Assembly (NCBI GenBank): GCA_026770705.1
Contig: JANJGN010000015.1
Coordinates: 116,808,001 to 116,872,000 of the forward strand
Length of the DNA: 64,000 bases
Reading direction: 5' to 3'
DNA from: Isurus oxyrinchus
Lineage: Eukaryota
Both the position numbers and the translations under genes were made by a program. Of the stretch, positions 1 to 13,384 are shown in pieces (position 1 is the stretch's first letter; the number at the start of each line of letters is the position of its first letter). Under the pieces are notes generated by a model. It was given only the letters and a program-made list of their open reading frames with translations, had not been told where the DNA came from and ran no database searches.

Positions 1-589
1 AAGTACTCTCTGTGCTCAAATGTAACCTAACTCACAGGTTCGCTTCCACGCTGTGGAGTGACAGATCACAGCATCCCGTAGAGTGATGTCGTCCTGGGGA
101 TTCAGTAACAAGATGAAGCCTGACCATTAATCATGCATGAGAGATGGCATTTGGAGAAAAGGTGCTCTCCAGATTTAGATCTGTCCTTGGACGGTCAAGT
201 GATAACCAGTGACTGATGATTTTCCTCCTTCCTTGAGGTGCCTTGCTATGCTCCAGGCATACTGCAGTGAGTGCATTGATGCTTGCATTGGCATTCCTGC
301 CTCTTGAAGGCTGCCATGGCCAGTGAATTGTTGGCGCAATGCTTGAAAGGACAACACTATGTCTACTTGCTTCAGATTGAGTGCTGGTGGAGTTTTTTTC
401 CAATTACATGCTCCATAGGGTGCTTAACCTTGCAAGGATGAAGGCATCATTACGCACAATTGTTATTATATATTCTGAGATTGATGTTCTTCATTGAGAT
501 GTTGGGGATTGCAAAGAAAGTCTTAATATCTACCCTGCATCGAAGGGACAGGAGAAATGCACTTATATGAGCTAGTCTTAACCTTAATT

Positions 590-1833
590 GCCCTGGAACC
601 TTGTCACAATGAGGGTCTCATGGGTACGTCTGCTGTGCGTGCCTGTGCAATGGCCTCTTCCTGTAGGGCACCCTCTTTGATTTCATCCCTTTCCATGTTC
701 TCCTCATCTGAGGAGATGTGCACTTCCTCCATCTCTCCATGTGGCAAATCATCCCACTTTTGGCAGTGTCAAGTTGTGTAGCAAACCACGATGTGGGACA
801 CCCTCGGTAAACAGTACTGCAGAGCACAGCCTGATCAATCCAGACATCTGAAACACATCTTCAACATGCCAATGTCTGCTCAATTAGGGACCGTGTTGCA
901 GATTATGTCGCATTGTACCTCTCCTCAGGAGCACTCTGTGACTGCTCATTGAGCACCATTAGCCATGTCTTTTGGGGGTACCCCTTATCACCAAGGGGCC
1001 AACTCTGAATATGTTGAGGGCCCTCGAAGATCTGTGGCTTCTGCGAGGGATTCGAGATGTAAGAGTTGTGTGATCTTCCAGGGTACCTCACACAAAACTG
1101 CATCATCTGTTTTCATTGATCACAGATCAGCTGCACGTTGAGAAAGTGGAACCCCTTTCCATTGATAAATCTTACTGGTTGTTGCCAGGGAGCTCTTAAG
1201 GCCACATGTGTGCAGTAGATGGTGACCTGCGCTTGTGGGAGGCCGGAGATCACTGCAAACCCTATTGACCTGGCTGGCTTCATCCATGGAGAGCTGGATG
1301 TAATTGTTTGCCTTATTAAAAAGGACATCACTGACCTCCCTTACGCATTTATGAGTGGACGATTGTGCAGAGGTCTCATGTGGAGCTCTGGAACGATACG
1401 CTCGCAGAAAAGTTGTGGCAGTTTCAGCGCGACCAACATTGGATGGCCTCCCAGTTCATGTGGAGTGAGATCATCACGGAGGATCTGGCAGATATGATCC
1501 ACCAGATCCCTTGACAAGTGAGGGCTTCTATGGTTCATCTCCATGTACGAGAAGTGTCTTCTCTAGACCCTTGGTCACGCCAAATGCCTCCTTGTCAGCA
1601 TCAGGATCTTCTTTGGCCCCCACTGGCTCTTGATCCTCTGGGTGACAGGCTTCTCCAAGCTCTGCCATACGACGACAGACCCTTCTCCTCACTTGCATCA
1701 GAGCTATCAAGAAGGCAGCCTGCATTCTACAGTCCTCCTTGTATCTGTGGGCAAATAGAATGGAGAGATGATAGTACCTTACCCTGGAATGGTCTCCCTC
1801 CATCGGCACACCATGAGGCCAGCATGGAGCCAT
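590..1833 (-). pseudogene. Degenerate Harbinger/PIF DDE transposase (HARBI1-like)
   Basis: Collinear frameshifted fragments: LSRDLVDHICQIL..HPMLVALKL; GLPQAQVTIYCTHVALRAP..FINGKGFHFLNVQLICD; RYPGRSHNSYI..LGDKGYPQKTWLM..EERYN. These match the Harbinger motifs IDCTH, NRKG.HS.NVQ..CD, PGS.HD and GD.GY. Two conserved Asp residues are lost (IYC, HN). Confidence 0.9.
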
Positions 1834-3134
1834 AGACCATTCATCATTCCTGACATGTCATCCCCAGGCCACCCTTTATAGCTGAAGCATATCCTGAAGG
1901 TTCACAGGTGGCTGACTCCAACATGACTTCACATTCACAAAGAGGCTTTGATCAGGCTGAATACAGCAATGTGCCCTAACCCTCAGTCAGCCTGCCTCCT
2001 TTAGCCTAGACATTAGCCCAGCCTTGCTCCAATTTCATGACTGCAAGCTTTGTGGCCTGTAAGACATGACCATTGAAATGACTACATGGAACCTTGTCTG
2101 GAGCTTGTTGCTTATGTCCAACAGCTGTGACATCCTAATTGTTTACACACCCTCCCCTCTTTACATGCCTCCCTTACTGACATTTGGGCAATCAGGCTGA
2201 ATCAAATGCTTCCCAAGCATTAACAGATTCTCGCATGAATGCTCTCCATGAGTTAAGGTGCCAAACTGCTTCATTTGGCATTAAACACATGTTAATAGAT
2301 CTCAGCTAAGCCATGATCTGCAGGACTTGAACTGAAAATTAGGATGCCCCTTCAATCAGCCCAAAATTGCAGTCATTAACTCCCCCCACACCCCCTCAGA
2401 CCCCTCCCTGGGCAATTTTTTTTCCAAACTTCATCTTTCCACTGCATCATACAAGATCAGAGTCAAGATGGTACTGCTGCAGTTTATGTTTGAGACAGGC
2501 TTCCAGCCTCCCCTCTTACCCTGCAAGTCCCTCCTACCCTCCTCCATTCTCATCACATCCAAATTCTCCTTCCTCCAATCACTCTCCTGCCTCCCCCGTA
2601 ACCTTGGAGCCAATTGTGATCATGATTCATATTCCTGTCCTCCCCCTGATTCCCTTTCTGTTGATGTGCCCATGCCTTATGTCAATCAGACTCCTCCCCT
2701 TCGAGGCCACATGTACCGTGATGTTCCGGGATTCCCCCTGCTCCCGTGAGACCTTCCAAAACCCGCCCCTGACCAACCGGCTCCCAGTTAACTGGATGCC
2801 AATGCCTCCTGACTGTAACAGTGCCATCTGCTTCCCAGCCCCCAGATCCTCCAGCCCCCAGGACTAACCTTTGTAAACACTAACCACGTCCTACACAGCA
2901 TGCTGCACTCCACCACCACTGCACAGAAGGGCCTTCCCCTTTCCAGGACCAGGACCAAGAAATGCAAGCCATACAAAGTCCTCTAGCATGGCCCGCTCAG
3001 CCCCAGGTCTGTCTTCTGAATATGCTTGCAACAGCGTGACTTCAGCACCAGGACTGTCTTCTGACTCAGCCCGAGTGTGGCCTCAGCCCCAGGACTGCCT
3101 CACACTACTACCCTGTGTAACACCAGCCCCCCTC

Positions 3135-3600
3135 TCCCAGTCATGCATCTGTGTTCCAGTCTTCCCTCCCTTGCTCCACTCATTTACCCCCCACCCAGTC
3201 ATGTGTATGTGTTCCAGTCTTTCCTCCTGTGCTCCACTCACCTCCCCTCCACCCCCCCGAGTCACGTATCTGCATTCCAATCTCTCTTGCTCTACTCACT
3301 CCCCGCTCCCCCAGTCATATCTGTGCCAACCCCCCTTGCTCTACTCACTAGACCACTAATCATACCTGTGCCTTACCCCCCTGCCTCCATTGCTCCACTA
3401 ACTCCCCCAGAGTCATGCTGGTGCCTTCCCCAAATGCTCTGTTCACTGCCCCAGCAGTCATGCCTGTGCCTTCCCCCTTAGCTCGCTTGCTCCGCTCCAC
3501 TCCCCCTCAGCCATGCCTGTGCCTCCCCCCTTGCATTCCATGCTCCACTCACTTCCACCACCCCCAGTCATTCCCCCTCACCACTGGTATTTCCTCCCAC
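3135..3600. repeat. Degenerate C-rich tandem repeat, ~9 units of ~46-62 bp
   Basis: Recurring CCAGTCATG...TGCTCCACTC...CCCC at ~3137, 3195, 3257, 3311, 3357, 3408, 3454, 3508 and 3564. Explains the Pro/Ser-rich spurious ORFs here. Confidence 0.75.
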
Positions 3601-4759
3601 ACAGCAGCCTTGGTGCAGTTTCATAGAACTGAGAACTCACAGCACCATTGTGAACGGTAGGTGAAAGAAGTGTTCACATGCCTCGAAGTCGCTAATGAAG
3701 TGAAGGTCGCCAGGTGCATGCCACTTATTTACAGTCATGAAACAGGCCTTTCTAATTATCCGCTGGGGTGGCGGGAGTAGGAGGGGAATTTACATTTGGA
3801 GGGAGAATTTGATTCAGGCATGTTGCATTTTTAATAGGCATTAATAAAATGCAAATGCATGCAAATATGGTTCCCGGCATGGATCAGTGGGAAACTCGGC
3901 CTGCCATGAAAGTCAGGTGAACAAAATTCCAAACTAATTTCCCACTGGTGAGAAACTGACTTTTGCCATCACTCCAAATTTTGTGTCCCTGCTTGCCATG
4001 AGTCCTGCCACTGGCAAGAGCAGAAAATTCTGCCCATAGTCATTCTTCACAAATGTGTGCCTGGACAAAGCAAGGTCATTCTGCATGGGGGAAGATTTCT
4101 CCAATCAGGCACTCCCAGTAACAAGCATCATTCACAAGAAACATGTCTCAGGACATCGAGTGTAGTTATCCATCCATTCATTTGGAAAACTGCAATGTGC
4201 TCCCTATAGATATTGCATCCCCACTATGAGTGCCGGAATGCAAAATCAATCATTATTCAAACTTAGAGGGCCTCATATCTAAGTCAAAGATGAAGGAAGT
4301 CTATTTAGTTGAATATTTCTGTGACACTTCAGTCTAGAGTCACAGGAAATGCTGGAATGAAAGCACTGCTCTCTTATCTATACTCCAGAATGAATAACCA
4401 GTTTTTGATGAAGCAAATAATTTGGAAAAGAAAACAGGTGAAAACCTTAGTCATCTCAAGCATTAAACGGAGCTCGCTTATTCCTTATCAGCACTTCCCT
4501 TGGTCTTTCCTTCCTGTTAAATCTTCAGACTTTGTAAACGCAAACTTGACATCACCTAATAAGCACTTCCTGATTGACTTTGCCTTCTCTTTTAGGCTGT
4601 TAAATGCTGCTGTGTTGAGCCCTGGACCTTTGCTCCATTGTCTCAGTAAAAATAACAGATGGACATGAGAACTGACTGAAGTACCTGATATAAAGAGGCT
4701 CTAGTCCACTTGCAGAGACTTGCAGCATATTCAAAATATGTTGTATGTCTTTAAGGGAA

Positions 4760-5795
4760 GTATGATAGCATAGTGGTTACTGGACTAGTAGTCAAGAGGC
4801 TGAGATGAATGGTTCAGAGACATGGGGCAGAGTTCGGGACCCTGATATTAGGACCAATCCTGGGTCCTGACGTGTTCCTGATGCATATACCTCAATTTTT
4901 TATGTGTCAGCCAATTAATGACCAGAGAGTGGGTTCACCATCCAATTAAGAATGGCAGGCGGGTTCTTGAGGCTGGAGAGCCAAACAGAGACCCTTCAGG
5001 TCTGACACACTGGTAGCCCCAACAGCCAAGGTGGGAGTTGCCCATTTGTAAGAGGGCTCTGAAGAAAAGGTAATTTAAAAAATTTTTAAAACAGCCTCAG
5101 CTGCCTGACTGTAATTGTAGAGTCAGTGGCTGCAGTCTGACGGCCATGATGAGTGAGGGAGAGGATTCTCTTGTGGAATTAATCATGACCCACTCTTTCC
5201 CACTGTAAGGCCCTCTTGATGCACTGGGCGTGTTTTGGCTGATGTGCAAAGCCAGCATAGTGGGTTCAGGAAATAGACCTCTTAACTGCCCTCAGTTGGC
5301 TACCTGCTGCTTGTGGGCTGGTAGCCACTCCGACCCTGACGCGACGTCTTTAAAAATGGCTCAGGGTTGGGATCTTGCCTCCAAACTGGCACGATGGCCA
5401 GCGGCATGAGATTATGAACCTGGCCACCCCTGAACCCGGCCACCCCTGAACCCAACCTCAAGGCTGACTGAAAATCCCACATATGAACAGGGAATTTAAA
5501 TTCAATTAGTTAAATAAAATCAGGAATATAATGCTATGATCAAAAAACTGCTATCAGTAATGTTGACCATGAAAAGTACTGGATTGTCTCAAGTACCAAT
5601 GTTCTGTAGGGAGGAAAAACAGCTATCCTTACCCAGTTTGGCCAAATGTGACCAGGCCCACAGCAATGTGGTTGACTCTTGACTCTGAAATGGCCTAGCA
5701 AACCACTCAATTGTATTTAAGAAGGTGGTTCATCACCACTTTCTATAAGGAAATTATGAACAGCAACACACACATCTCATTAATGAATTTTTAAA
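4760..5795 (+). mobile_element. tRNA-headed SINE with LINE-derived tail, interrupted by a MITE-like insert (~4826-5480)
   Basis: Head TAGCATAGTGGTTACTGGACTAGTA at ~4766. The body resumes at ~5490 (GAATTTAAATTC...GACCATGAAA...CACAGCAATGTGGTTGACTC...GGCCTAGCAAACCACTCA). The tail AAGAAGGTGGTTCATCACCAC matches the 3' end of the LINE at 27.7 kb. Confidence 0.7.
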
Positions 5796-6119
5796 AATTG
5801 CAGGTACTATCAAATGGTGATCCCCTTTCCAATAATAGGATCTAAATATGGGATTGGGGCAGTTGGGGATGGGGGAAGATTGTAATTATCTGACTAACCA
5901 CAATAATTTTCAAGCATGGTTTTCATTTTTACCTTATGCCCCAAATCCAAAAGGATTTGGAATAGGAATAGGATCCAATATCTGCTCCACACCCTCAATA
6001 GCTCAAGCATTATGGGATAAAAAAGTCAGTATTGCATAATGTACTTTTATTTAAAAAATGTCAGGAAAGAAAATCTGGATAGGCTACTTAAGAATAGATG
6101 GAAAGAGAAACAAAGTTAA

Positions 6120-6470
6120 TAGGCGAAATCTTGAGCCCTCCACTGTAGCGGGTTTCATGGTGGGGTGGCGTTAAGTCAAGTGGGTGGGTATCCCACCATC
6201 TTACAGTCTCCACTCCACTTAATTATGGGATGGGGGGCTTGCCATGTGGGGAGCCCAACAAGCAAACCCTGGTGTGCTTGCTTGCGGGCTCTCGGCAGAT
6301 ATCCCTTGTTCAAAAGCTCTCAGTGCTTGATGAGGAACCTGGCATTGGGAAAGGGAGGCCCACTGAAAGCCATAGCCCTGCCTTTGCTGCCAATCTCCCT
6401 GACCCCCTCCCCCATGACCTCCCCAAACAGCATCACTCACCTTTGACTGGCTCCCTACTTAAAATTTTAA
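6120..6470. mobile_element. Decayed Harbinger-type MITE fragment
   Basis: GC-richer block whose internal motifs resemble the MITEs at 4.8, 10 and 13.7 kb. No clean TIR pair. Confidence 0.4.
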
Positions 6471-6654
6471 TCTTCTCAAATTTAACATACAAATATAGCA
6501 GTGTATTTAAAATTGTGCAATTTACTAAGAGAGCTTTACAACCTTTGAGCTTAGAACCTACCAACTTTTCTGATCTGCTCCCACACTTCCAGTTTCTGGA
6601 CACCAAAGCAGAGTTCTACAGCTGAGACTGCAGGCAGTATTTCAAAGTGCAAAC

Positions 6655-6960
6655 CCAAATGGTGGTCCAGTGATAGCACTCTTGCCACTAAGAGGGTTCA
6701 AGTCTCATTCCAGAGACTTGAGCACAAATTCTAGGCTGCCATTTCAAGTCATATTGAGAGAGTGTTCGACATCACTAAAACAGATTGCCTGGTCATTGTC
6801 ACATTGTTTTTTGTGGAACCTTGCTATGCACAAATTGGCTGTTTTATTTCCTATGATACAACAGTGACTACACTTCAAAACTGCTTGATTGGCTGTGAAA
6901 TGCTTTGGATGGGCTTGAGGTCATGAAAGATGCTTTATAAGTGCAGGTTCTTTATTTCTT
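6655..6960 (+). mobile_element. Deu-type (SacSINE1-like) SINE with L2-like tail, internally deleted
   Basis: tRNA-like A/B boxes (TGGTCCAGTG, GGTTCAAGTC). Body is homologous to the reverse copy at 25.0-25.4 kb. Tail TGCTTTGG...GAAAGATGCTTTATAAGTGCA. Confidence 0.65.
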
Positions 6961-7100
6961 GAACTGGAAGCTAGAACTCTGTGGAAGTACAAGAGAAAGA
7001 GGCTTACTTCTGCTTTTCACCTGCAAGACAACCATTGCCAGAGGCTAACTTTGGTGATAAACTGTAAAGGAAGTATGACCAGTGCATCTTGAAACACAAA

Positions 7101-7784
7101 GGTACAGATTTTGCAGTCAGTGGCAAACGGACAGCGCTAGCTGTTTATTATACTTATACATTGCACACAGACTTTCTATGGGTTTTTGCACTGGAACCTG
7201 CAATGATTAGAAATCCAAAAGAGTGCCGCTCCCTTTACAGCAGATCTGAGATCCATATTAACAGAATAAGCAACTGTGTATTTCCTTAACCAATCAGATT
7301 GAAGAATTCATGCAGAGCTTGACCCAGCCTCTGCAAGTTAGGATTTTGAGTCAATGCCAAACATGTACAAAAAGCAACATAAACAGAAGGAAAGACAAAT
7401 AGGAATGAGAGATGAAGTAAAAAAATATATATATATTTAAAAATCTCCAACAATAATTAGAATCTAAAGGAATGAGACTCCACATTTGTAAAAGTTAATT
7501 TTCAGTGCAAGAGAGTGTTTTTGGCAATTTAGACTGGGATGCACAAGCTGTAACATTACTGCATACCTATCATATAAGCATCACAACAATGCATTGTTCC
7601 AAATTTCTCAGCAAGATACTATTATAGTGAAGCTGCTGGAGGAGCACAGAACTCGGACAGCAACTTCCTGATTTCTGTATTTAACTGTGCATGTACAGTT
7701 GTCCGAAGTTGCTGTCTGATTCACTCTTTATAAGTGGTGAGCACTGTTAAGCTCAGCATTACTTTTAACTGCAAAATCTAGGCC
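7101..7784. mobile_element. Non-autonomous TIR element (MITE)
   Basis: Left GGTACAGATTTTGCAGT and right ACTGCAAAATCTAGGCC form a 12-bp inverted core, AGATTTTGCAGT, about 680 bp apart. No coding capacity. Confidence 0.6.
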
Positions 7785-9944
7785 ATTATGTTTTGGGAGA
7801 GTTTGGTTACAGGTAGTGAGAATAGTAATGTTGCTTTTGTTTGCAGCTTGTAATGTAAAGTTGCTCACAGGACCTTAATGATCCACCTCTGCATTGCTAC
7901 AGCACCAATTTTATTTTCATCCCTGCTGAGCTCGAAAAATGTGGATTTTCCTCAGAATTCGAGAATTAAATAGATAAATAACATTCATTTTTTTGTTAGA
8001 ACTCGTGACCAAATCTATTTAATTTTTTGCCTTTTCTCCAACTGCTTGTCCCTTTGTAAACAGAAAATAACCAAGAAAAATACTTGGACTTGATGGAACT
8101 AGACTGGGTATCCTCAAATGCTCATGATCATCATCATAGACTTCTCTTTAAAAAAAAGTTATTAAAAAATAAAATGCATTAGTTTTATGATGTGAACTGA
8201 CCTAGAAATTGACAGATCTTAAATTTCAAAGCTCAATTTATAATGAACCTCTTCATCTTTACTGATTAACTTTATAAAGAATTCATGAGGTGGGAGAGTT
8301 TAATGTGAGGACGTGCTGGAGAGAGAAGGGAGAGGGAAACATATCACACTGTCAGAGTCCTGTTTCATCACCTGCGGTTAATTGGTCTGGTACAAGATGC
8401 TAAGGTGCATTCAGTGTAGTGTGTCATGGGTAGCTGCTAAGTAGGTGTACAGAATCAAAGCAGATTTTAATGTTTTCCTCTCTTCTAAAGGTAATAGTTT
8501 CCCTGCGATAGCTGATCCAACTGGGTTTCCTTTCTATGTGAGCCTGGAAGGGATGTCTGAGCAGATTAATTTGCCAAAGGGAATATTGGACTATAAGCTT
8601 AGTTTTCTTATATACAAGGCATATGTGCACACCCACTTAATGGCAGGTCAGTCAGGATTTTACCCCTCCCTTTTTCAGTGATGTGGAGATCAACTGTAGC
8701 AACTTATTGGCCTGTCCAATTAAAAATCAGCTAACTCAGCACAAACCAGGGGTTAAACTTTCTGCTCAAAACAGGCACCAACTGTAACCATGAACCAAGG
8801 CAAAGGTTCCAGGTTATTCCACTCAAACCACTTCTGTCAACAGAGTTCCTCACACATTAACCACAGTCAACTGCCAAGCTAGAGGAAGCTGGTGATCAAT
8901 ATTTACAGAATAAGGCTTACAGAAACATTTCGGTAAATATTTAAGACGGAAATTGAATGCTCTATTATTCTTATTTGTTCTTTCAAAAATAATGCATATG
9001 CACAGTACAAATAAATCACTTGTTAAAAGAGGCCAAGAGACCATTGCTAAGCAACCACATTGGCCTGACTATAGGCTGGCATTAGAACAGCTTAGCCACT
9101 GTTCATGTGTTTCCCAATTCCCCCCATGTTGAATATTCTATTCTACCCAAATCATTATTAAAGGGCTTGATGAGAATTTAGTTGAAGTTGGATAAGACAA
9201 ATGCTGTGCCTAGCAGGTAGTCCATAGAGCATCTGTTTCATCACTGGATGATTGTGGATATGAAAATAGAGCTGTGTGACACATCCTCTATCTATCCCAT
9301 GTCGTATGGTCTTCTTTTCTAGCTTTACTGTGCAGTTGTCTTATATTTCAGGCCTCACCTTCACAGGAACAGATTTCTGTTGGAAGGTCATGGATCTTGC
9401 TTTGCATTGGAAGTTCTATTTCAATAAGAAAAACATGGACTAAATAAAATTAAATTCAGTTAAAGAAATTGTGACAGGGAATACAGACCTACAGCTGAAA
9501 TGTTAACCCCTCCTTTTCTTTCAGACGCTGAGCGACCTGCTGCCCACCTTCCATTTTTATTAGGCATCAGAATACATCAGAATTATATCACTGAAAGGTT
9601 AAATTGTAATTCAAATAAATTAAGCCAGATAAAAATTTTTAAACTTGGATATATTTGAATTGGTTTCACGTCTGAACAGTACACTAAACATTGCATGACA
9701 TTCAATGCATTATAATTATCTTGTGTCTGTGTTTTACAAATAGTGAATTTAAAGGGTTTATTTTGCACTAAAAATGCATCATATACATCAAGTTCTCACA
9801 TGTGAAGAACATAAATGCTGCAGAATGGATGTATCCCTCCATTTTTTGAGCTAAGCTCTTGTTAATAAGGATACCTCAGCCCAGCTATACCTTTCCCAAA
9901 CCCCAGTTAATCCAAGAAATTGCAGTTTTTGTCCCTCTCCTTCA

Positions 9945-10686
9945 TAAGACATTACATTTTCAGGCCCCACCAGCATTAGGAATGGAGGCGGACTGGGCCC
10001 AAATACTACAGGCTGGCTGATGTGCCAGCTTCCTGACCCAATTCCCAACAGCCATTACAGAGGTTAACTGTGATTTTCCAGTTGTTTCCTGAGGTGATGT
10101 TGGAGTGGGCAGGAGGGGACATCAACTGCCTGGAGATGTGGACTCAGCAGTAGACTCAAGTATCAGTCAGCACTCTAGGTAGGCCCATAGGGCCTCTCTG
10201 CCTGCCTGGATGAGGGTGAAGCCAAAGGCAACTATGACGATTGGCAGCCCCTTCACCCCTACTGTCTCCTCTCAACTCCTTCACCATCACAATACCCCTC
10301 AGAGGCCTCCCGCACCACTGTACCACCACCATGCTCCCACCCCCACCTTCTCCACCCCACAGTGATGGTCCGGCTGCTTTTTATATTTTTTATTTAAACT
10401 TTTTCAAAAGTGGCTGAGAGGGTACCTTCTTCTTGAAGCACCCTCCCAGTTATTTACTTTGTACCACAGCCATATGCTCTTGTGAAGCTGGAAGGCTTCT
10501 GATTGCCCCTCCATCTTCGAGAATCCATCTGCCACCCTTATTTGGACAGTGAACCTGTCTACATGCCAATTAAGGGGCTCCCTGGTCAAAATTCTAGGTC
10601 AGTGACTGTTTCTTTCCAGGGATAATTTCAGGACCCGGAAACAGTCCCGGCTCTAATTTCCCACCAGAGGCGAAAATTCAGCAGGG
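9945..10686. mobile_element. Decayed Harbinger-type MITE
   Basis: Ends ATTTTCAGGCCCC and GAAAATTCAGCAGGG resemble the family TIR. Internal CCAATTAAG and GATTGGC motifs are shared with the other MITEs. Confidence 0.45.
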
Positions 10687-10689
10687 TCT

Positions 10690-11100
10690 CCAATATTGAT
10701 CACCCTCAGCCTTGCCAATCTCATGAAACCAATTTCAAAATCCTTCACTTCCATTTTCAATTTTCCCATGGTCTTGCTCTTGACATCTTCCTCCCTACCA
10801 TTCAGCTTGGACCCTTGGTTCTTCTGATTCAGCATCATTGCCCAGTCCCCACTCTCTCTGCTCAGTCACTGGTGACCAAAATTTTCAGCTACTACTTTCC
10901 TGCCCTTTGGAACTCTTCCAAAACCACTTTGCCTTCACGTCTCTCTCTCTCTCTCTCTGTGCCCACTAATGCTTTCTAAAAACCAATTTTTTCAAACATG
11001 TTTTTGGTCTTTACTTCCTTCTCTAGATTTAACATTCCTCTTGTTCATTTCCGTGTGGAGTGCTCTGTAAATGTTGCTTGTAAAGCAAAGGTTAAATAAA
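10690..11100 (+). mobile_element. L2 LINE 3' fragment, old
   Basis: Reverse-complement similarity to the L2 tails at 16.4 and 54.3 kb (TTCAGCT...TGGAACTCT...TAAAAACC...TTTTGG). Confidence 0.5.
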
Positions 11101-13384
11101 AGGCAAAGCACCCTTTACTCTACTCAACAGCATTATTCCAACCCCCAAAACCAGCAACATTAGGACTAATTATAGTGCCCCAGAGTCACCAAGATCAGTT
11201 AAAACAGTACACACTTTGGACTGAAGCCAAGGCTTTCCTGGTCTCCTTCAGTCAGTGTCACACTGAGTGGTGCATTCACTCATTGAGTCATTAGGAGAAT
11301 TTAAATAGCACTGGAAAGTGAAAAGTAGAGCTGTGGATGAAATGCATTCTCTGGAGTGTTAGAAACAAATATCTTTTTATTGGCACATACTCCATGGAAT
11401 TGCATCATTCATTGAGTTATATTAGAAAAGTCATGGAGGGAGGGGGGGCTGGAGGTTCATGGTGGAGGAAGGAGGAAAGAAGAGATTTAGTACATACTGG
11501 CTGTCTGTGATGCTGAAGGAGCGACTGGTGTTAGTACTGTTGCCATACAATATAAGATAAACATCTGTTGTTATTTCAGTAAAGCTAACTCAGATGTGTA
11601 AGCCTTTCACCCCAGACAGAGCTCTTTGTCAAGAAAGGCCTATTTCATTCCGGTGCCCCGAATCATTGTCAACTCTAGTCTTGTGCATCTAAGTACAGGT
11701 CTTGTAGAAGAAAAAGAAAGAAAGCTGTATCTAAAACATTTTAAAAAAAAAATTAGCACCTAATAGTCACTAATACATTGCAGAAGGAGCTCCTCACAAC
11801 TGGATCTGGAAGGTACAAATTAACAAGATTTCTGCATTGGCGGAAGTATGTTATAACTTGGCATAAGATGCATTTACACGCAATAGTGATGCAAATTACA
11901 CTACCATTTGCAAACAAAGTATGCAAATTAATCTAATTTACCAAAGCAGTTTTGCATCTTTCTTCTGAAGGCACTGGCTCATGTCGGAGTACAGTTTCAT
12001 AAATGGTATTTTAAGACAAGTCTGAGACTAGATAGTGAGTTTTGGTTGGTTATTGTTCCACCCAGAACGTGTTGACCCTCATCCCAGTACAATCCAAGAC
12101 TCTTCAAGAGAATGCAGGAGGGAGCAAATAAAACACATTTAATATTAAATTTAGATTGACATACAATTTGAGGGATCTTTTACAAACTGCAAGATAAAAT
12201 GGGAGTACTTTAGTTTGGTGCAGAACCTGGCACTGATTAGACCTGGCTGTTTTAGGACAGTAAAGCCTCAAAGAGAACATCTACACTACTTCAGTGGAAA
12301 GAATAAAAGACAGGATTACAAGCACAAAAGTAAAAGATTTTAAGGACCTCCTCCTATGCAAGGTAACATTAGCAAGAATCTTAAAACAAATTCAATTTCA
12401 TACACCTCATGACATCTTTAGGTTGTTGGTAGTTCAATAATTCAGTAATCCTGGTCCAGCCATCTCACATCAGATCTCACACTGAACCCTCCCCCCAACA
12501 ACTGCTCCCCCCCCTCCCCCAGCCTACTCTGTGAATGTGGCAGTAATAGGCCACACAAATAGCTTTAACATAGTCACAATGAACTAAGGATCCACTTTAA
12601 AGCACCACTGTCTGTGCTGTCTCCCATGTGGCTGATTTCCAGCCAATAAAGGGAGTCCACATTAGAATTTGACTTACATACCAGTCAGGCCACCTGGTGC
12701 TTTTTATAAAGCCCTTCATGCTTGCAAAGGGACAACCAAGAAGAAAGCTTGCCAGCCCAAGTATTGCAGCCCCAAAGGATTGAGGTGTATTTTCGGTACT
12801 GTTTATGTAATCAATATAAGTGCAATGTCATGCAGAATTATTTGAATCACAGGCTATAAATTTATTAAATACTGGTGATGTGTATTAGAAGTTAGCAATG
12901 TAAATTTTTGTGCTTCTGCAATTTTCAGTTCTGGCTAGTATAGAAGCTTGAAAATCATTTTCAGTGTTAATTTGGTCTTGGCTGTTTTTGATCTACCATA
13001 TTGCTAATGCTGCTTTAAGAATGCATAACTGATTTGTTATATCCTGTCAATCTACAGGTATCCTACAGGTTTAATTTAAAATGATCTGAGAGAGCAGGAT
13101 CAAACCAGACTGTACAAGAAATGCTCTGAAGGAAAGGTCCAACCTCCATGACTCACAGCCTCTGTGTAGTTTATGCATACATGGATCACTAGGGTACATG
13201 CAAACATCACAGTGACTGCCCACAAATCTCCCCAAATAAAAAGGGGATATATAACTCATGCTGGCCTGCTCCAAGTTGTTTTCTCTTTGTGGAATAAGTT
13301 GGTGGGAACAGTCACTATTGAAGTGCAGTACTGGTTAGACTTTCAAGGAAAGCCTGTAGATTACCTGTTCAATAAGTAGATAGG

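Larger units (their letters stand above)
1..4035 (-). mobile_element. Harbinger DNA transposon remnant, left end outside the window
   Basis: Transposase relic plus a terminal AAAATTCTGCCC at 4024-4035, identical to the TIR of the MITE at 13743-14357. The companion Myb/SANT ORF was not recognised. Confidence 0.7.

Noticed and set aside
590-1833. Domesticated HARBI1 gene
   Set aside because: Multiple frameshifts and stops, loss of conserved Asp residues, and a TIR nearby indicate a dead transposon.
2367-3660. Pro/Ser-rich ORFs as genes or as the Harbinger Myb/SANT partner
   Set aside because: They arise from C-rich tandem or low-complexity DNA; no Trp-spaced Myb motif was recognised.
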